Assembly (NCBI GenBank): GCA_965602015.1
Contig: OZ271918.1
Coordinates: forward strand, 448,001 to 512,000
Source: Salinispira sp.
GTDB taxonomy: Bacteria > Spirochaetota > Spirochaetia > DSM-27196 > Salinispiraceae
Direction: 5' to 3'
Length of the DNA: 64,000 nt
The translations under genes were made by a program, and so were the position numbers. Each line of letters opens with the position of its first letter. Position 1 is the first letter of the stretch. Shown here one piece after another: positions 59,863 through 64,000 of the stretch. The notes beneath the pieces are model-generated. The model saw only the letters and a program-made list of their open reading frames with translations, searched no databases and was not told the origin of the DNA.

Positions 59863-60648
59863 ATGGAATACGCTAAGCATCTGTACATGACCCTGTACCC
59901 GAATAATGCGCTGATCGGCAGTCACCTCGAACCCGACCTTTTCGCCCGTCATTACACCAGCGGCTCCAGCAGGCATTACAGCGGTAAGGTTATCTTTGCC
60001 GAGGTGGATCCGGATTTCCGAAACGAGTACTTCCCCATCGACAAAGTCTATGAGGAACTGGTGCCCCACGAGGACGGCCGGCCCAAGGCGACCAAGTTTA
60101 TTAAATCCTACCGGGTGCTCGAGCACGTGGATTTCTCCGCCATCAAAAGACTCTACCTGGTCACCCAGGAGGGTCACTGCATGGGCCTTGATGCCGGGGA
60201 GCACAGCGCGGCTCACGAAAAAGATAAAATCCGCCTCTATGCGGAAATTACCCCCATGCGCATGATGGCCCTGTCGGAGCACGACTTTCCCACATTCGGC
60301 AGCTACATCACCGATCCCGAGCTTTCGAAATCCGCCCCGAAGCAGTTCTACACCCAGCTTGATATCGATCTGGTGGATTTTGTCGATCAGTTTGAACGGA
60401 ATCCCTTTGCCCCGAGTCCCGTGCGGAACATTCACCCCTCGACTCTTCGCGACGGCTTTTATGAACTCAAGAAATACATAGACAAGCATAACAAGGGGAT
60501 AGCCCTGGACAGCAACCTGGATTCTTTCAGCTTTGCCCTCATCAGGCACGGGTTTATGTTCGCTTCGCAGAATGAAACCCTCTTCTTCCCAATGCCCGAT
60601 TTGCAGGACATCGAAAAGACCAATTACAAATTCTGGCGGACCATGTAA
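59863..60648 (+). CDS. Hypothetical cytoplasmic protein
   Basis: Long ORF with genome-typical codon usage, tightly coupled between hppA and galK. No motif recognised. Confidence 0.8.
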   Translation: MEYAKHLYMTLYPNNALIGSHLEPDLFARHYTSGSSRHYSGKVIFAEVDPDFRNEYFPIDKVYEELVPHEDGRPKATKFIKSYRVLEHVDFSAIKRLYLVTQEGHCMGLDAGEHSAAHEKDKIRLYAEITPMRMMALSEHDFPTFGSYITDPELSKSAPKQFYTQLDIDLVDFVDQFERNPFAPSPVRNIHPSTLRDGFYELKKYIDKHNKGIALDSNLDSFSFALIRHGFMFASQNETLFFPMPDLQDIEKTNYKFWRTM

Positions 60649-60658
60649 GGAGCCGGCT

Positions 60659-62005
60659 ATGAGCAACGCGAAGCAGCCCCGGGAATCCGGGGCCGCCGAG
60701 CTCCTGGGGCAAATATCCGCCGGAGCTTATGACCGGGTATTTCGTCGATTGTATCTTCCCGAGGCCCTGGAGGGGCAGCGGCGCAGGTACTCCCGTCTCA
60801 TCCAGGGACTCGGCGAAACCGCCGACGAGCCGGTTTTTCTCTTCTCGATTCCCGGACGCACTGAGTTGGGGGGAAACCATACGGATCATAATCTCGGAAA
60901 AGTTCTGGCCGCTTCGGTTCATCTGGATGCCGCCGCCGCGGCGGTCAAGCGGGATGACATGCTGGTCCGTCTCGAGAGTCAGGGCTACGGCGTAATCGAG
61001 CTGGACCTTAGCGACCTGGCCGTTCATCCGGATGAGAGGGAAACCAGCGCTTCGCTTGTCAGAGGCGTTGCCTCCTGGCTGAGCCAGAACGGATACCGCT
61101 TCGGCGGCTTTAGCGCTGCGGTTCACAGTCTGGTCCCCGGGGGGTCGGGGCTGTCGTCTTCAGCGGCGATCGAAGTCTGTTTTGCGCAGATATTCAACAG
61201 TCTGTATAACGGCGGAAGGATTTCCGCAGTGAACATGGCCATAGCCGGGCAATACGCCGAGAATGAATACTTTGGAAAACCATGCGGCCTAATGGATCAG
61301 ATCGCCTGCGCACACGGCGGGGTTGTGAAGATCGACTTCGAAGATCCCGACCGGCCCCTGGTGGAAGCGGTGGATGCGGACTTTGCCCGGGCGGAGCTTT
61401 TTTTGGGGATAGTGAATACCGGCGGAAGCCATGCCGATCTCACCGAAGACTATGCGGCGGTGCCCCGGGAAATGAAACAAGTGGCCCAAGCCATGGGTGG
61501 GGATGTACTGCGGCAAATTCCCCGGGAAGATTTTCTCCGGCGCCTGCCGGATTTAAGGAAGCTGACTGAGGTATCCGATAGGGCCTTGATGAGGGCCCTC
61601 CATTTCTATGCGGAAAATCAGCGGGTCGACTCCATGCTGGCCGCCCTGTCCGCCCGGCGATACGGGGATTACCTCAAGCTGGTGCGGGACTCCGGAAGGA
61701 GCTCGATGGCGGTGCTTCAGAACGTGACGCCATCGGGAGCCGTTGCCGAGCAGAACCTTGCAATAATTTCAAGCGCCCTCGCCGAAGAGTTCGGCGATGA
61801 CCTGGTCATCCGGGTGCACGGGGGCGGATTTGAAGGCAGTCTTCAATTTTACATCGGCTACGACCGGGCGGGGGAACTGCTAGAGTCTCTTGACCGATAT
61901 TGTGGTCCCGACTCGTATGAAATGCTGCACATTCGCGCAGACGGCGCGGTAAGCCTGTCTGCGCTTAAGGCGTCGCTCCCGGCAGATGAAGCCGGGAGGG
62001 ACTGA
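60659..62005 (+). CDS. galK: Galactokinase
   Basis: [57 protein letters not shown] before ATG 60659. Confidence 0.92.
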   Translation: MSNAKQPRESGAAELLGQISAGAYDRVFRRLYLPEALEGQRRRYSRLIQGLGETADEPVFLFSIPGRTELGGNHTDHNLGKVLAASVHLDAAAAAVKRDDMLVRLESQGYGVIELDLSDLAVHPDERETSASLVRGVASWLSQNGYRFGGFSAAVHSLVPGGSGLSSSAAIEVCFAQIFNSLYNGGRISAVNMAIAGQYAENEYFGKPCGLMDQIACAHGGVVKIDFEDPDRPLVEAVDADFARAELFLGIVNTGGSHADLTEDYAAVPREMKQVAQAMGGDVLRQIPREDFLRRLPDLRKLTEVSDRALMRALHFYAENQRVDSMLAALSARRYGDYLKLVRDSGRSSMAVLQNVTPSGAVAEQNLAIISSALAEEFGDDLVIRVHGGGFEGSLQFYIGYDRAGELLESLDRYCGPDSYEMLHIRADGAVSLSALKASLPADEAGRD

Positions 62006-62028
62006 AGCAGGGAAGATCATTCCCGATA

Positions 62029-62337
62029 CTATTCTTCCTCGTAATTCCGCCGGCGCTTTCTGCCACGGGCCAGGCCCAAGCCTCCGAAACCGCTGACAAT
62101 GGCCATGTAGAACCCGAAGTCATACCAAAAGCCCGTATTGTTGATTTCGTACACGCTCAAATCACTGTTGAAGAGGCTGGCGACAAGACTGATCGGGGCA
62201 ATCCAGCCGTGCCAAATCCCCCAGAAAAACCCTGCGGGCTGGTCTACGCTGGCGCGTCCGTTCCCCGGCATACAGGAACTCATGCTGAGCACCATCAGGA
62301 CGACCATTGCCAAGGCTATCCATCGGAATTTTTTCAT
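62029..62337 (-). CDS. Small membrane lipoprotein (conserved hypothetical)
   Basis: Lipobox SSC and AGFFWG.WHG.IAP...YE..N.G.WY.FGF. AAGGAG RBS. Confidence 0.8.
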   Translation of the reverse strand: MKKFRWIALAMVVLMVLSMSSCMPGNGRASVDQPAGFFWGIWHGWIAPISLVASLFNSDLSVYEINNTGFWYDFGFYMAIVSGFGGLGLARGRKRRRNYEEE

Positions 62338-62364
62338 TGAACACTCCTTTTTTATGTAACACCG

Positions 62365-63576
62365 CTAAGTAGTACTGCTGTCCCTCTGGAATATTCGCCC
62401 GGAAGCCAGATATTTTAGCGCCGATGTGGGGTTTTTGGGAAAAGTAAAAACCTGCAGGGCACCGGCGAAATAGAATTCCAGCTGATTTTGATATACCACA
62501 TTGAGGGCTGAAATATCCTTCCAGGGAAACATGCTCGTCATATTGTCTCCGCGAAAATGCATCCCCCGGGGACTGAGGCTCAGGCGCCCGGTGCCATGCT
62601 TTTTAAGGCTGTTGAACTTGAAGCCCGTGGAATACATGCTCGGCTCGTCGAAAAACAGTTCCTCTGACGATTGCTCCATCCTGAGAAGCTTAATGCGCTG
62701 TTCCAGTTCCTCGAGCTGCCAGCGGGACCAGTCGCGGATGCTCTCGAAGCGCAAGGGCATATTCCCCGACGGGCGAAACAAGCCATAACTGCCGAAGTTG
62801 GCCTCCCAACGGCATGAGCGGCAGACGAATCTGCGGCCCCTTCCCTCAAGACAGTTAATTCCCCGGCATTCGGGACAGATAAACAGGGACAACTGCAGAG
62901 GTTCTGCCGGCGCCGGGCTTATGTAGGGCTTCATCTGCTTTTTTTGATATTCATATTCATCGTGATGGATGGCCGCGCGAATGCGGTCGGCGATGTGCTC
63001 GTGATGCAGGGTTCGTATCTCATCGGCACCGACGGCTACTTTGTATTCAATGCACACCGGGCCTCTGCGGCTTGTGAAGGACCATCGGGGCATGCTGAGA
63101 AAGCCCCCTTTTATGACCGGCACCACCACCGGGACCTTTGCCAGCCGGGCCAGCTTTGCGGTGGCGGGTATGATGTCCAGGGTGACCCCGTCCCAGGTTC
63201 TCTCTCCCTCGGGAAACAGACCGACGGTATTGCCCGAGCGTATGAGCTGCATCATTTGCTTGAGAGTCGTCATATCCGTCGCCTGTTTCGACGTCGGGAT
63301 GGCTCCGACCCGGCGAAGCCACCACGACGCAATTCTGTTGCGGAAGTTCGCATCGGAAGCGATAAAATAAATGGGCTGTTTAATAAATATCGAAATCAAT
63401 ACGGGGTCCCAGGTCATCACGTGATTGGGAAGCACCAGCCAGGGCTGTGGGAGATTCTTAAGAGCGTCTAATCCCTGGGCGGTAAGAGAGTATCTCCACT
63501 TGAGATACCGGCCAAATGTCTGTCGTAAAATTGCGTGGAACCAGCGGTGGGCGCTGGTTTTCCGTCGTCGGTGCAT
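62365..63576 (-). CDS. Lysophospholipid acyltransferase (PlsC family) with C-terminal Cys-rich extension
   Basis: NHVMTWD (HxxxxD), GAIP, FPEGERT, then CPEC...CRSC. Confidence 0.9.
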   Translation of the reverse strand: MHRRRKTSAHRWFHAILRQTFGRYLKWRYSLTAQGLDALKNLPQPWLVLPNHVMTWDPVLISIFIKQPIYFIASDANFRNRIASWWLRRVGAIPTSKQATDMTTLKQMMQLIRSGNTVGLFPEGERTWDGVTLDIIPATAKLARLAKVPVVVPVIKGGFLSMPRWSFTSRRGPVCIEYKVAVGADEIRTLHHEHIADRIRAAIHHDEYEYQKKQMKPYISPAPAEPLQLSLFICPECRGINCLEGRGRRFVCRSCRWEANFGSYGLFRPSGNMPLRFESIRDWSRWQLEELEQRIKLLRMEQSSEELFFDEPSMYSTGFKFNSLKKHGTGRLSLSPRGMHFRGDNMTSMFPWKDISALNVVYQNQLEFYFAGALQVFTFPKNPTSALKYLASGRIFQRDSSTT

Positions 63577-63632
63577 GAGAGATCCTGTTTTTTTAAAAGT
63601 TTTCGCGGCTGGTGGATTATACCATCAGAGGG

Positions 63633-64000
63633 TTAATCCCACAGTAATTCTTCTGCGGCGGCTGTGAGGTTTCGGTCCGCATTGATATCAGTAACCCGTT
63701 GGAGGTCCGCATTGCGCCGGGAGCGGTCTCCCGCGGCGGCATATGCCATTGCCCGGAAATAGTAAGCCTGCTGAAGAATTATCGCCGGAGCTTCGGCATC
63801 ACCAATCAGTTCGCCGAGTATTTCAACCGCCTTCTCCGGCTCTCCGGCTTTTATATAGAGCTCGGCGTTGCTTACGGTAAAATAGCGCTGGAGTTCGCGC
63901 TCTTCCGGAGAAAACGACACCTCATCGTAGAGTTCCCGCCCCTCTGAGAGATTGCCCCGGAGGACCGCCGCGTAGCCCAGATAATAACTGGCTTCACTCA
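63633..64000 (-). CDS. TPR-like protein, 3' part (5' end outside the window)
   Basis: Frame is open from the window end: SEASYYLGYAAVLRGNLSEGRELY...AYYFRAMAYAAAGD. Confidence 0.7.
   Translation of the reverse strand, partial: SEASYYLGYAAVLRGNLSEGRELYDEVSFSPEERELQRYFTVSNAELYIKAGEPEKAVEILGELIGDAEAPAIILQQAYYFRAMAYAAAGDRSRRNADLQRVTDINADRNLTAAAEELLWD

Noticed and set aside
59470..60666. 398-aa minus-strand ORF
   Set aside because: Antisense to hppA and the coupled hypothetical gene. Long shadow ORFs are expected at this GC content.
1..64000. rRNA, tRNA, prophage, transposase or integrase genes
   Set aside because: None recognised. Intergenic gaps are short and no ORF shows the relevant motifs.

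Overview
Gene-dense, GC-rich chromosomal window, most likely from a free-living spirochaete (Spirochaetaceae-like). This is inferred from signal peptides ending in FAAGGGE/VAGGGVE, spirochaete-style lipoboxes, the GAF-GGDEF protein and the pyk type. It holds about 50 CDSs: housekeeping genes (lon, miaB, mtaB, lipA, nadA, pyk, ppc, hppA, galK), a polar amino-acid ABC transporter, a MoxR-DUF58-transglutaminase-beta-propeller operon, two chemoreceptors, a four-gene phosphorelay/adenylate cyclase cluster and a stress/DNA-repair patch (about 11.3-16.8 kb). No rRNA, tRNA, CRISPR array, transposase or integrase was recognised. The most notable structure not explained by the ORF track is: (i) a shared palindromic operator over the -10 boxes of both marR and lon; (ii) two ~146-bp elements with co-varying perfect terminal inverted repeats, 25 kb apart; (iii) a ~4-kb surface-peptidase cassette bracketed by a degenerate duplication of a neighbouring gene's 3' end; (iv) a PTS-EIIA/PK_C-like/diadenylate cyclase fusion; (v) a HEPN/DUF4145-like-coiled-coil-SF1 helicase; (vi) a lipase that appears to start at ATA. 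All family calls come from motif recognition by eye, not database searches.
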